NCBI GenBank assembly: GCA_964016885.1
Contig: OZ024742.1
Coordinates: forward strand, 259,098,001 to 259,162,000
Source of the DNA: Eledone cirrhosa
Taxonomy: Eukaryota
DNA: 64,000 nt
Direction of reading: 5' to 3'
Positions 31,493 through 44,467 of this stretch are shown in pieces (position 1 is the first letter of the stretch; each line of letters begins with the position of its first letter). Position numbers and translations under genes: made by a program. Below the pieces are notes generated by a model. The model was given only the letters and a program-made list of their open reading frames with translations, was not told the DNA's origin and did not search any database.

Positions 31493-32980
31493 TAGGCCAT
31501 TAATAGTAATGTGTTTTTCTTCTTGAATCTGTGGTTGTTCACATGCATTTTTTTTTCTACTTTTCAGCTTCTCTCATTTCGTTGTGTCTTCTTTTATTTC
31601 TTTCTACCTGTATTATTTTATTTTTATCTTCTCATCCTCAATTGCCCCTTGTCTTTTCCCGCAGGTATTATTGTAGTTACAGGCGTTATTCTACACCTCT
31701 CTCTACATTGTTTTACTTAGATGTCTCATTTGGTTGAATTTAATATCTGTCTCTTTCCATGACCGAATACTTTAAAAGAAAACAGATAAAAATAGAATAA
31801 CCCCAAATATGGAAGACAAATTTATTATACAATACTCACACGCACACACTAACCGCCTCCAAAAATCAATTATTCACATACACACAGAGACACAAATTCT
31901 CAGCCACGGATTCTGTCGGATAATCCTCATTTACACATTCACACACGATCGATGGATGGACCTTCGTCGTTTTCTACAACGAATATTTCTCTTGTTCGAG
32001 TAACTGCACCGAATGTTCATGAAAAAAACAAGCGACTGAGAATTGCACAAACATGTGTATCCTTTAGTCAATTCTCTGGAATATTCAAACTCACATAATA
32101 TTTGTCGAAGATGACCCTTCAAATACAAATACACACCACCAAATTGAGTTCAAAATAGATTTCCGTCTTTCCACTTTCACACTCAAGACATGGATCTAGA
32201 GGAGACTATGGTAAATGAAACTCTGAAGATACTTACAGATACTTAAAGATACTTAAAGCTAACGTCTTAACCGTTTCGCCATAATACGCCCATACATAAA
32301 CGCGCTTGCACACACGCATAAATGCGCGCACACACACATGATATTGTTCAATAAATATGTCACTTACTTACACGCTACACTTGCACATATAATACAAATC
32401 TGTAAAGAAAGAAAGAAACTTTACTTTCTAATTACCATCCTCCTTACCTCACAACTTAAACCACGTCACGAAGAAAAAAAACTTCAAATACAAGTTTCTA
32501 GATGATGATGATGATGATGAATATATTTACTATATTTTATGTTTTTACATCCTTCACTTTTCTTTTTCGTATTTTCTTACTTTTGATAGTTTTGGTTTTG
32601 TACATTATTATTACGTCAATTGGTGTTATCCTTATTATTCTTGGTTTCTCTGTTTTATCATCAACGATACGCTTCAGAAAACATTCGACAAATCTATTCT
32701 CTCCCTTCCTTCTTGTTTTATGCCAGAGCTTAAACTGCCCACTTTACAATAAAAAGGGAATAACAAAGTAAAGCACTATAATGACAGAAGAGAAAGTCAG
32801 CAGAAAAAAAGAATTAAGAATACATCCTGATCTCTGTTTTCTCTTTTCTTCCAATATAAATTTATGCATCCTTTTAGTGGTCGTTCGATATTTTTCCTCT
32901 GTTCATTAAGCTTACTCAACAACATGAAAGTACTTACAAAAAATTTGTATCGTTTTTTTTTATTTCCTTTTGCTATTTGC

Positions 32981-33033
<53 letters not shown>

Positions 33034-33061
33034 TGACGTATATGGATATATATATATGCAT

Positions 33062-33172
<111 letters not shown>

Positions 33173-33338
33173 CATAGACGTATGTATATATACGTATATA
33201 TATGTAGAAGTATATATATATATATGTATGTATACCTATATATTCGTATATAAATATGTATATAAATATATATGTATATATATATATATGTATTCATACC
33301 TATATATGCGTATATAAATGTGTATATAAATGTATATA

Positions 33339-33385
<47 letters not shown>

Positions 33386-34077
33386 GTTTGCTTTTTTTTA
33401 TGGTTGTAACTACATTCAATACGGCCAAACTGAATGGAAAAATTAATTGAAGCGAACGATTACTAACTAATACGTAAATACGTCCATAAAGAAACTTGAG
33501 AAACAAAAGCAATGAAAAAGAAAAGGGGGCGATATTGATATGGTGAATTATTGCAAAAGAAATAGATGGCTATGTGTATAATATGGCGCTTCTATCGACA
33601 AATGCTTGCTTGAGTAAATTGTTTCAGATCGACCCCTTCAATAATGAAAGTTATCTGCTTAAAGTGTAATTTTCACATTCATTCATTTAGCTTTCTTTTT
33701 AACCATGGCGGAGAGAAGGGAATCACTTAGGTAGGGGAATAAATAACAACAATAATCAATAGAAGCAACCACAACTCAACAAATGATAATGAAGCATCTA
33801 AGAAAGATAATGTTTGAGCGTTTTGTTAAGGAGCTCCGTCAGTTTCGACGACGAGTGTCCCATTCCCCTGAGCATCACACCTGTCTGCACATGAAATTTA
33901 CGTGCAAGTGACTGAGCATTCCACAACTATGTGTACGCTTAACGTAATTCTCAGAAAGATTTTATTGTTTTGGTCTCATTGGAGTGATGTGGGTATAAAC
34001 ATGCTGAAGATTCGGTGCTCTTAGTAACATAGGGCACACACGATCATGCTTGTGTTGCTGTGAACGAAAGGTAATGT

Positions 34078-34199
34078 TAGTGACTTTGGTCAGGAAAGGT
34101 CATTTTAGTGACTTTGGGCTGGAAATGTCGTATTAGTGACTTTGACCAGAAAAGGTCATTTTGGTGGTTATCGGCACAGAAGATCACATTAGTCACTTT
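34078..34199. repeat. 28-bp minisatellite, about 4.3 copies
   Basis: TAGTGACTTTGGTCAGGAAAGGTCATTT and variants in tandem. Confidence 0.8.
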
Positions 34200-34439
34200 C
34201 ATCTATTATATATGAATTTCTATGTATAGCCGTTTGAAATAAACAATATCGACACTGTTTATGAGCAGTATTGTGTTTTAGGCATTTATAATTGATCGTT
34301 TCTTTCATGTGTGTGATTCACTCAGCTATGTTGCACAAACTTTATACAAATTAGTATGCTTGCCTGAACCCCTTCATTCCACACGTCCCATTGTTTATAG
34401 ACATGATTATGAAGGTACGCCGTTTATCTTGTAATGGTG

Positions 34440-34650
34440 TTCAGCTCGCGATAGTCTGATTGGTTGTTTGATTTCCAGAGGTAATTTGTGTCTTTGAGCA
34501 AGCACTTTATTTCACGAACTTCATCTTCGCTCAGTTGGTAATACTAGGTTGTGCCTGCAATCGAAAGTGTCAGCATGATCACACTGTCTGCAACACTGAA
34601 TGACAGCGTTAAGAGCACACGTATCTGTGTAATGCTAAGCCACATCATCA
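34440..34650 (+). mobile_element. Decayed SINE family B
   Basis: TTGTGTCTTTGAGCAAGCACTTTATTTCACG resembles the core block of the 38968 copy. Confidence 0.55.
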
Positions 34651-35859
34651 GCTTGTAGCGTGGATAAAACAAATTTAACACTAATCGGCGAAACCGACGA
34701 AGGTCCAACACATATCAATTCTTTAACCATTCCGCATATTATGCAGGTAGGCTTAGATGAATTATGAAGCTCCCTTTAATATGAGACGGTCTGGGACTAA
34801 CCTGATAGTGTGGTATGTTGGACAGATATTTTTACTAATAGTCCAGGTTTGCCTCAAACCTTATAAGTGAAATAAAATAGAAAATAGACGCAAATTTGGA
34901 AGCTCGTCGAGTTGATTTTGCCTGTAATTATATACCCAGCGTGTCACATATTATATTACGCAGATTCTACCTAAGCTTTACGTTAAGCTTTCGAGTGTAT
35001 ATGGTATAATAAACCCCCTAAACGTTAATTCACTTCATAGATGTTCAGTTAAAAATCAATTTAATTCTCTTGGATAAAACTATCGAAGATTCCATTCTGA
35101 TCTCATATGACGTTAGATATTTATAGTTTTCCTTTGGGGAAATATAATTGATGGAATTTTCCAAATTTTACTCACACCATTTAGACCACATCTCATATAT
35201 AGAAGCCAGAAGTCTTTCAACAACTTATCAAAACCACCCCAGAATAACTAAAACTAAGTGACAATTACTGGTACGAAAGGAGACGGATGTCATCAGGTTG
35301 TATCCGTCATATTCGTGGTTTTGATATTACTCTGAAGCGAACAGATATTTAATTCACCGAGATGAGCAATGTGTGCAGAGCTTATTACAAAGTTATTGAT
35401 AACGATTCGAGGAAAAAATAACTTGATCTTTCATTCCAAATTCCAATAAACAAACAAATAAATACAACAAACCAACTAATTTCATGATTTTCACATGGTA
35501 TGTTTTTAATCAGTCGACTTTAGAATACAATTTATGGTACTATTCTAGGGTTAATTATAGATAATGATGGATTCTATAGAGAAGGTGAGGGCGAGAAGGT
35601 CGCCCACCTCTACTCCAACAGAAAATATGTGAGAAGAAAATTACTACGTTGGAATCTGGAAGAATTTCAATTATTAATTTCTTGTCTGATGAATGAATGT
35701 TCCCCACCAGCAGCTGAATAGACAAGGGCAAGTAGGGGGAGGACGGTGTAATAGATAAAAATATAACTGAAATAAAACAGAAACGAACCAAAATGAAAAG
35801 CAAATAAGCATCAATAAAAATGAGAAAATAGTATAGAAAAAAAAACAAGAAAAAGGCTC

Positions 35860-36200
35860 TGGAATCACAGCAACAATAATAACGCTATTGAATCATAGCG
35901 ATAACAACTCTATTGAATCACAGAACAACAACGACGAGGCTGTGGAATGAGAGCAGCAAAAACAACACTATGGTATTACAGAGATGAAACTACAGCAAAG
36001 CTATGGTATCACATAGCAGCAAAAACAACAACAACAACGTTATGGTATAACAGGAGAATAACAGCAACAACAAAACTATGGAATCATAGAGTAACAACAA
36101 GGCGATGTAATCACAGTAAAACAACAACAACACATACAACAACAAACCTATGCTATCACAGGACAACAACAACATCGCTATGAAATCACTGAGCAACACA
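35860..36200. repeat. Degenerate minisatellite of (ACA)n plus CTATGGAATCACAG-like units
   Basis: About 12 recurrences of ACAACA...TATGG(A/T)ATCA(C/T)AG with variable spacing. Confidence 0.7.
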
Positions 36201-36297
36201 TTATGAAAGTAATTTAAGATGATTCTAGTTATCTATCATAGCAGTTATCTATTCTGACACACACACACGCACAAACACACAGCTAGACACACACACG

Positions 36298-36336
<39 letters not shown>

Positions 36337-36426
36337 GTATATACACACACACATACATACATACATACATATATATATATATAAATGCAAATATATGTAT
36401 ATATATATATAGACTCACACAAATGC

Positions 36427-36464
<38 letters not shown>

Positions 36465-36474
36465 CTATATATGT

Positions 36475-36506
<32 letters not shown>

Positions 36507-38225
36507 TTATATATAGCTCTATAGACATCATACGAGTACCCAACCACACAATCACACACACATATATATAGACACACTCACACGCACTTATCTGTTCAAG
36601 TATATAAAGAGGTGTGTATTTCTCTGTTAATTTATTTACGACACTGCATTTCATTAATCGATGTATCAAATTTTGATTGGTTTTTTGAATTGAATATTAA
36701 GCAGCATGAATGCTTTAAGATAATTTAGCTTCTAAGCCAAATTGTATACATATAAAATAAATATATATTCGCTCTTTTTTATTTAATAACTTAGTATTTT
36801 ATTTAATCTTGATTCTGGTTTGCATTCGAGTTATGTTTATATGAAACCTGCACGACATCACATCATCTTGGGGCAATTGCTTGAGGGTTTAAGGTCAAGG
36901 GTATACCGAAAGGCCTATTTCGAAATGGTGTTGCAGTCGATGCAGGTAATAATGGATATTTAATGTCTAAAACAGAAACTGTAATTTCACAGGTGCAACT
37001 TTAAAATGTCCGTCTCCCCATACTTATTTTAGAGCAGGTTAGGGTTTGGGGGTATATGGAGGATATTTATGGTAGGGAATTGGGGGATGACTTAGCTCCA
37101 ATATAGACATTTAGTTCATGAATTTCTCGCTTTCTACGAATGAAATTTTTACGAGTTTGGAACCCGATGGTCTTGTCTACTAGTTGCTTTGTTTCTGAGT
37201 GCATTGTTATCGTATAGGGAATTTGATGTTTGCTTACGTTTGTTATATAATATAGTGTATATATGTGTAATGTAAGTGTATGTATTTTCCGGGTAGTTAT
37301 CGAAGGTGAATAGAATGGTTAGATCAATAGCGGTCTTGTTTCCGTGTGTGTGTGTGTGTGTGTATATATTTATATATATATATATATATAGGGGGGGGGG
37401 GGGGGTATGTGTGTGTGTATGTGTGTGTATTGGTGTGTGTTGAAGGTGGCGAATAGGCAGAATTACTATGTCGGTGGGTTACAAACCTCTCTATTTGTTC
37501 CAGCTCATTGCGGTCTTTTAAATCTCACTGAAGTCAACTTTGCAATTTATACTTTCGAAGACGACAAATACAACTTGATTCATCCCTATATCTATTTTTC
37601 ATCTCCTTTCTATGCCGAAATTCTGTCGTCCTCTGTAAGAAGTAAGTTGCATCTTAATGAATCCATCAGTATTTACAGGTCCATAATTCATTATATATTT
37701 CAGAGGTATAGAGATCGTTTCCCGGCAGCGATTGCTGGCCACCTTTTTCTATCTATAGTTTTAGGTTATACGATTTTTCACATTCTCTAAGAACGTCAAA
37801 ACATTCGCAGCCCCTATGGTTTACCCCTCCCCCTCCCATGCGCACACACGCTCACATACAAACACACATATGATCATACATATACATATCACACACACGC
37901 ACACACACACATGCATATAGACATACTCGTATAAATACACATGCACATGCACACATACACATATATATATATATGTGTGTATCGTGTGTAAGTGTGTATA
38001 AGTGTGTCCGTGTGTGTGTGTGAAGGCGCATAGCTTTCTGATTAGGGTGTTCGGCTCACAAGCTCTGGAGTAGACCGACACTTGCAAACTATTTTCACGA
38101 TCATGTTCTTACGGTGGTCCATCTACTGGAGCATTCATTGTCGATGGTTGGTTATGAATAATGTCTATATATATGTGCTGATAGATCAAACGATAGATCG
38201 ATGCATAAGTGACGAATTGGTTATG

Positions 38226-38292
<67 letters not shown>

Positions 38293-38628
38293 CTGTCTGT
38301 GTGTGTGTGTTATATTTCCGTAGAAAAGGTAAAGGGAATAAAAGTGCTCTATATATAGTACAGAGCTATTAAATTATATTATAAACACAATATAATTATT
38401 CCATGAAACTAGTCGTTCATAACAGAAACGTCCAGTACCTTATATATATATATAATAGAATATAAAAGGAAAACGAACACAGATATATACAAATATGTGT
38501 TCAAATCGCAAGGGACCAGATTTGCTAAGGTGAAAAGAATAGTAACTATAGACAATTGGGTTTGCGTGTCTCAATTTAAGAAAAAAAATCAAGAAAATAA
38601 ATACAAACCGGAATTGTGGTAACTACCA

Positions 38629-38706
38629 ATCACCCAGACAACTTGTTGTTGTTTCGCAATGTTATTTGTGAATAGAATTGCCAATTCAAGCTCATCAGTG
38701 TATGAT
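38629..38706 (-). ncRNA. Type I hammerhead ribozyme motif
   Basis: Minus strand: ATCATACA-CTGATGA-GC...GC-GAAAC-AAC AACAA GTT-GTC-TGGGTGAT; stem I 7/8 pairs, stem III 5 bp, canonical core and GUC site. Confidence 0.75.
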
Positions 38707-38967
38707 GAATTAGTATACTAGACACCTCTAAGTATATTATGCAACTGAATAGTGTGCTATTTATAATAGCGCACATGGTATCTTAGCGTGTCTCACAAAC
38801 TTACACCACTAAAAATAGCAGCCAGGTTTATTTGACATTTGAAATAGCGCAACAAATTAACGGAGCTGAATATATCAAAGGTATATATTGAGTTAGGAAC
38901 TCAAAATAGTCTCTTACAACAAAATAGCTCTAATAAAGAGATATTTCCGACCCGTATATTATAATAG

Positions 38968-39190
38968 TGAAGGCGTGTGGCTGAGTGGTTAGAGAATTGG
39001 ATTCGCAATCGTGAAGTTGTGAATTCGATTCCGGGACCGGGTAATGCGTTATGTCCTTGGGCAAGACACTTTATTTCACGTTGCTCCTTCTACCTGGAGT
39101 TGCAACCGATAGATAGTATTAGCAATTGGAAAGTCAACGGAAACATTGTTTCCTCGGTCCGATTTGACGAAAGTGCATCGTTCCTTAAAA
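38968..39190 (+). mobile_element. tRNA-derived SINE family B (CORE-like block) with 12-bp TSD
   Basis: A box TGGCTGAGTGGTTAG, B box GAATTCGATTCC, block GTCCTTGGGCAAGACACTT; TSD ATATTATAATAG at 38956-38967 and 39191-39202. Confidence 0.9.
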
Positions 39191-39453
39191 ATATTATAAT
39201 AGAATATGAAAGAAAAACGAACACAGATATTTACATATATGTGTTCAAATCGCAAGGGACCAGATTCGCTAAGGTGTTAGTATTCTTTTCACCTTAGCGA
39301 ATCTGTTCCCTTGTGATTTGAACACATATATGTATATATCTGTGTTCGTTTTTCTTTTATATTCAATTATAATATACGGCTCGGAAATATCTCTTTCTTA
39401 GAGCTATTTTGTTGTAAGAGACTATTTTGAGTTCCTAACTCAATATATACCGT

Positions 39454-39543
<90 letters not shown>

Positions 39544-40045
39544 CGTGGGACGAATCCCAATTCTGTTAATGCTAATCATTCTAGTTTAAATATTCAATAC
39601 TTTTCCTTATGTTTATATATTAAGTGATACGCACACACACTCACATCTTCTCCCTCCGTCACTCTTTTTCCTGTGTATGTTTTGTGAGAGTGGTGTGTGA
39701 GTGTTCCTGTGTGCGTTGTATGTTATATATGTATGGGTGCGAATGTATTTTATGGCTAAATATCCACAACAAACCTGAAGCTACGTTTTGAATGTTTTGT
39801 TTTGTCATGTTAAATATCTCGCAAAACTTCCTTTCGATTTTCCTTGAGACACATAAATGACAGATATTAAAGGAGTACACTTCACAAACACATAGTTGTG
39901 GGTTTAACCTCACCGCGAGGCATTTACAGCAAGTGTCTTCTATTATGGATGCAGCTTGACTAATGACTTGTGAATGTAATTTGGTAGACGATAACTGCAC
40001 AAGCCTGTCGTCTATAATATATATGCCTGTATGTATGTATGCATG

Positions 40046-40103
<58 letters not shown>

Positions 40104-40107
<4 letters not shown>

Positions 40108-40197
40108 TTTTTACATTTCTTAGAGGGGTCTAAACCCCACTATCGGGCTAAAATTTCTTTAGTAAAAAAAATACAACGAAAGCTTCTATTTCAAATT
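40104..40197 (+). repeat. Single-arm copy of the 63056-63269 palindrome family, between (TA)n tracts
   Basis: CATCTTT...CTAAACCCCACTATCGGGCTAAAATTTCTTTAGT...GAAAGCTTCTATTTC matches 63177-63269. Confidence 0.75.
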
Positions 40198-41134
40198 GTA
40201 TATGTGTATATATATATATATAAGGTAAACAGAAATATCAATATATAGATACACACACATATATATATGTATATACATATAATGTGAGCGTGTTGCGTGC
40301 TTTTATTAGCTTTGTTAGAGTAAAAATTGTGTGTATAGAGAGAAAGAGGAACGTACATGAGTTGGGGTGGGAAGTAACATTTCTGGCAACACTACAGACG
40401 CCAATGGAAATATTGCTCTAAGATGTCCATTCAAATTTTGATCATTGTCTAGACTGAAACAATACAATATTAGTTTGTGATAGGGAGCGTCATATCGATA
40501 ATAGCTCGTTTGTTTTGAACGCAGGCCTATACATGTCGTTAACCCTTTTGTTACTCTACTTCTAATAAAAGAAAAGAGCACAACTATGGTTGTGAAGTAA
40601 TCCAAATTTAAGTCTACAATTTTCAAATTATTTTGAAAATAATCAAAAACGTGGTCTGTTTCCTCTATTCATGTATCTTAGGGTTGCTATTGATATTTGT
40701 AGTATGTTGTTCTTATCCAAAATTAGATGCATATGTCCTGTAGACAGACATAGAATTATGGCTAAAACGAAAGTTATATAGATAGAAAGCGATAGAGATA
40801 GATAGATATATAAACTCAGATAAAGCTAACCGGACAGATAGATAAGCTGCTAGGTAGACAGATGTAATTGATTTTATTGTAATAAACATATATAGTTAAG
40901 GATAGCGGCAGTTTATCACTGACTTGGTAGTCAAAACTGGGAGAAAAAGGGTGGGCTAAGTAGGGATGAAGACATCGAATTACTATTCCCTGGCAAAAAT
41001 TGCAACAAAAAGTTCATTACTTGACCTTATCATATGTTTATCTCATTGTTATGCTAGTGTATTGAACATAACAAACGTTCTTAAATAATAAGGTAAGTTT
41101 TATATTTAACCTTATATAAATATTTGCCTATATA

Positions 41135-41260
41135 AAGGCAAAGTTAACCTCGTTCAAGTCCCGCCGAGGTTAACTTTGCTTTTCATCTTTACGGGGTCGA
41201 TAAAATAAAGTGCCAGTTATGCACTGCTCACCTTGTGCCAGAAGTATAAACTATTATTAT
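41135..41260 (+). mobile_element. SINE family A, 5'-truncated with short 5' inversion
   Basis: GTTCAAGTCCCGCCGAGGTTAACTTTGCTTTTCATCTTTACGGGGTCGATAAAATAAAG; 41135-41152 is the reverse complement of 41165-41182 (1 mismatch). Confidence 0.8.
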
Positions 41261-41828
41261 GGGGTTTTTATTTCTTACTTAAATATAAAACTTACCTTTT
41301 TATATATCTAATGAAAAGTATTCTCTATAAATTTTAAATACTTTTGAAAATAATCAGAAAACTGGATGAAGTAACTTAACTTCTAATTATTATGTTGTTG
41401 TTTGTTACATAACTTAACAAAGGCTCTGGCATAATGTTATAGAATGCATTATGAAATATTAAAATATTTTAAAATATAGTTTATATCAAATGGGTTTAGA
41501 AATATATTCGCAATTACGTCATTTGAGCTCGATACTATTGTTTGCAAGTTTGGACGGCAAGTGTTTTCCACTCTAAATCTCGTCGATTATTCCTTGTGAA
41601 GAGAAATACGAGGTCTGAAACCACAGAAGCCTGTCGGATATCTTAGATACTTTTGTAAGTTAAAAATATTTATTGTGCCAATCCTAACTGTTCATTACAT
41701 CGATGTATATTGCATTTCCTCTGCCCGGCGCCGTCTTAACCCTGAGATGACTCAGAAAAGAATACAGTGTTCTACTCGACACAAAATGTCCTATGATGGA
41801 CCACTTTATTTACAAACGAATCGAACTG

Positions 41829-41879
41829 TATTCTTAATGTTTGATATAACCCATATCTACATATGTATATGTATATATA

Positions 41880-41946
<67 letters not shown>

Positions 41947-42031
41947 GTATATATACATATACATATGTACATATGGGTTATATCAAACATTAAGAATATA
42001 ACCGATATGTACATATGTATATGTATATATA

Positions 42032-42045
<14 letters not shown>
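41829..42045. repeat. Direct-inverted-direct local triplication around a (TA)n tract
   Basis: TATTCTTAATGTTTGATATAACCCATAT.TACATATGTATATGTATATATACGTGT (41829-) is mirrored at 41943-41998 and repeated directly from about 42000. Confidence 0.85.
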
Positions 42046-42102
<57 letters not shown>

Positions 42103-42307
42103 GTGTGTGTGTGTGAGTGTATGTGTGTGTGTTTGTGTCTACATGTGCATACCTACATTTATGTATCAGCTGTGCTAGGGCGAGAAATAAAATTCTAATT
42201 TTATTTTTAATATTCGGTGTCAGCTGTAACTCGCTCGTTATGCAAATGAGGCTTTTCAGCCGATGTGTTCTTATATTTTCAACCGTTCAACAAACTGACA
42301 CGCGTAC

Positions 42308-42350
42308 ACAGTCCTGATGAAGGACAATGACCCAGAAACATGTTGATTGT
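42308..42350 (+). ncRNA. Minimal type I hammerhead motif
   Basis: ACAGTC-CTGATGA-AGG ACAATGAC CCA-GAAAC-AT-GTT-GATTGT; 6-bp stem I, palindromic ACATGT stem III, GUU site, weak stem II. Confidence 0.65.
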
Positions 42351-42475
42351 TTCTCGAAGCCAGTTCTGAACAAAAACAGATCACGATCTGTCACCGGCAC
42401 GTCACCGCTTCAAATCGAGCCGTTTACAAATGAATAAAATATTATTCTTAATGTTCGATATAACCCATACTCATA

Positions 42476-42583
<108 letters not shown>

Positions 42584-42643
42584 ATATTTATATGTTTGTG
42601 TCTACATGAGCATAATTACATATATTTATATATTTGTATATAA

Positions 42644-42710
<67 letters not shown>

Positions 42711-43370
42711 GCGAGAATGAGTAAGATTATTTCAATCCACCCCAAAGGTGGTTTCGTGTGTTTTATGTGTGAGGGCTGTGAGAATTCTACAGAGAGCCGA
42801 GAGTGTATGCCCCCTCCCTCTTTCAAGGTATATTATATGCTTCATAAAGCAATTTTATACTTTCAATTAAATATTTCACGATTCTACTTCAGTGAGTCTT
42901 CTTAATCATTAGCTGAACGCTTCTCTAATGTCATTTTACAAGACAAGCGAAGAACAGGATTAAACAATAGCAAAACTATATACAAGTGTTTGTATTCGAA
43001 TTGTTTTATTCATTCAAATGTTATTGTTTTAGATGGAAAGATTTATTGCAAATTAAAATAAGTAAAATTAATCATCATTCCGTAAATTTAGTTTCAGACC
43101 ATATGTCAAAACTGGCCAGAAATAGTATTGGTTTGTCAAGTATTCAGTCAAGTTTCAGTAGCTCGAACTGAATAGAACAGAACTGAGCGTGGGATTAACA
43201 TGCAAATGGTTCAGCATTCAACTGAAACGCATACGCTCACAGACACGCGCACACGCGCACATACACACCGACACACTAATAAGCGCGCACACACACATAC
43301 ACAAATGCGCGCACACACACATATATACAAGTACACACACAAATACAAACACAGACACACAGAAACCCAC

Positions 43371-43431
<61 letters not shown>

Positions 43432-43434
<3 letters not shown>

Positions 43435-43623
43435 CGAATATTGGTGGTAAGGAACCAGATGGACCATAAACACCAGAGTACTCAATACTTAGGGTTGTAG
43501 AGTGGGTAATAGGAAAAATGTTAACCCCGACGGCAGAACTCAAGCCGTTTCGACGTCTATTTCTGGACTGAAATACCCGTGGAAACGGGTTGAGCTCTGC
43601 CGTCGGGGTTAAGCTTTTTCCTA
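43432..43623. mobile_element. Short fold-back (43510-43623) of a hammerhead 3' half, plus a tail ending in (TA)n; related to the 26-kb element
   Basis: TAGGAAAAA..TTAACCCCGACGGCAGAACTCAAGCCGTTTC / GAAACGGGTTGAGCTCTGCCGTCGGGGTTAA..TTTTTCCTA; GAAACGGC..GAGCTC.GCCGTCGG is shared with 26946-26970. Confidence 0.75.
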
Positions 43624-44145
43624 AAAAAAAAATATATATATATATAAACAAACGGCCCGATTTGAAGTTGTGCCGTGTCGGTGATCGATCGTCACCTGTT
43701 TGCTCAACACCGGCTTTGAGGAATAATCAACATGTTTCTCGGCCATTACCATTCTTCAGAACTGTATACGTCTGCCAGTTTGGTGACCTGTTGAATGTAT
43801 ATATATATATATATAATTTTGAGTATGTGTTGGTTGTTTATATATATATATATATATATATATGTTTGTGTGTATATGTGTGTGTGAGGGGGGGTGTACA
43901 GAAATATATACGACTGGTTTCTACGAGCTCTATCTCCCGAATTTCCCTAACAATATATGGGTCAATCAGCAGCTAAATTGAGACGCACTCATACCATTTA
44001 TACTATGGTTCCACTTAATGGGAGTGAACCCAAAGCCATGGCGCTGGTATGCAAACTTCGTAGCGACACACATATTACTGGTTATTTCACCATCTTAAAA
44101 GATAAGATATTTATTTTAAAGCTAATCACCTTTTTTTAACAATTA

Positions 44146-44425
44146 CTAGACCACCCGTGACCTGTCACGGTCACGTTTACTTCAAAATATATTTTTTTAA
44201 ATAATTGTTTCTACTTTTGGCACAAGGCCAGCAATTAACCAGTGCATTACTGGTACTTTATTTTATCGACCCCGTACGGATGAAAGGCAAAGTTAACCTC
44301 GGCGGGATTTGAACTATATTTTTTTAAATAATGTTCACTTAAAAGTAAGTTTTAAATAATTTAAATATACACAGACATGTATACGATGTGAAATGAAACT
44401 GGAAGGCCACATGTATACGTGTGTG

Positions 44426-44467
<42 letters not shown>

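Larger units (their letters stand above)
38451..39462 (-). mobile_element. Non-coding hammerhead-containing element (about 509-bp unit, partial tandem copy and inverted piece); retrozyme/pLTR-like
   Basis: Unit start TATAATAGAATAT..AAG.AAAACGAACACAG at 38451 recurs at 39195. 39276-39462 is the reverse complement of 38870-38967 joined to 38451-38547. Both ends lie in (TA)n. Confidence 0.8.

Noticed and set aside
35680-35727. Hammerhead (CTTGT-CTGATGA...ACAAG)
   Set aside because: A stem I-like pairing exists but the GAAA box and cleavage triplet are absent.
36900-37000. Minus-strand hammerhead relic (CTGTGA...GAAATAGGCCTTTC)
   Set aside because: First box lacks a nucleotide and the helices cannot be drawn convincingly; the same applies to a weaker candidate at 56230-56280.
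38968-39045. tRNA gene
   Set aside because: A/B boxes continue into a SINE body flanked by a TSD; no complete cloverleaf.
43521-43612. piggyBac MITE (TTAA-CCC...GGG-TTAA)
   Set aside because: Symmetry extends beyond the TTAA and the arms match a hammerhead 3' half shared with the 26-kb element; kept only as an alternative.
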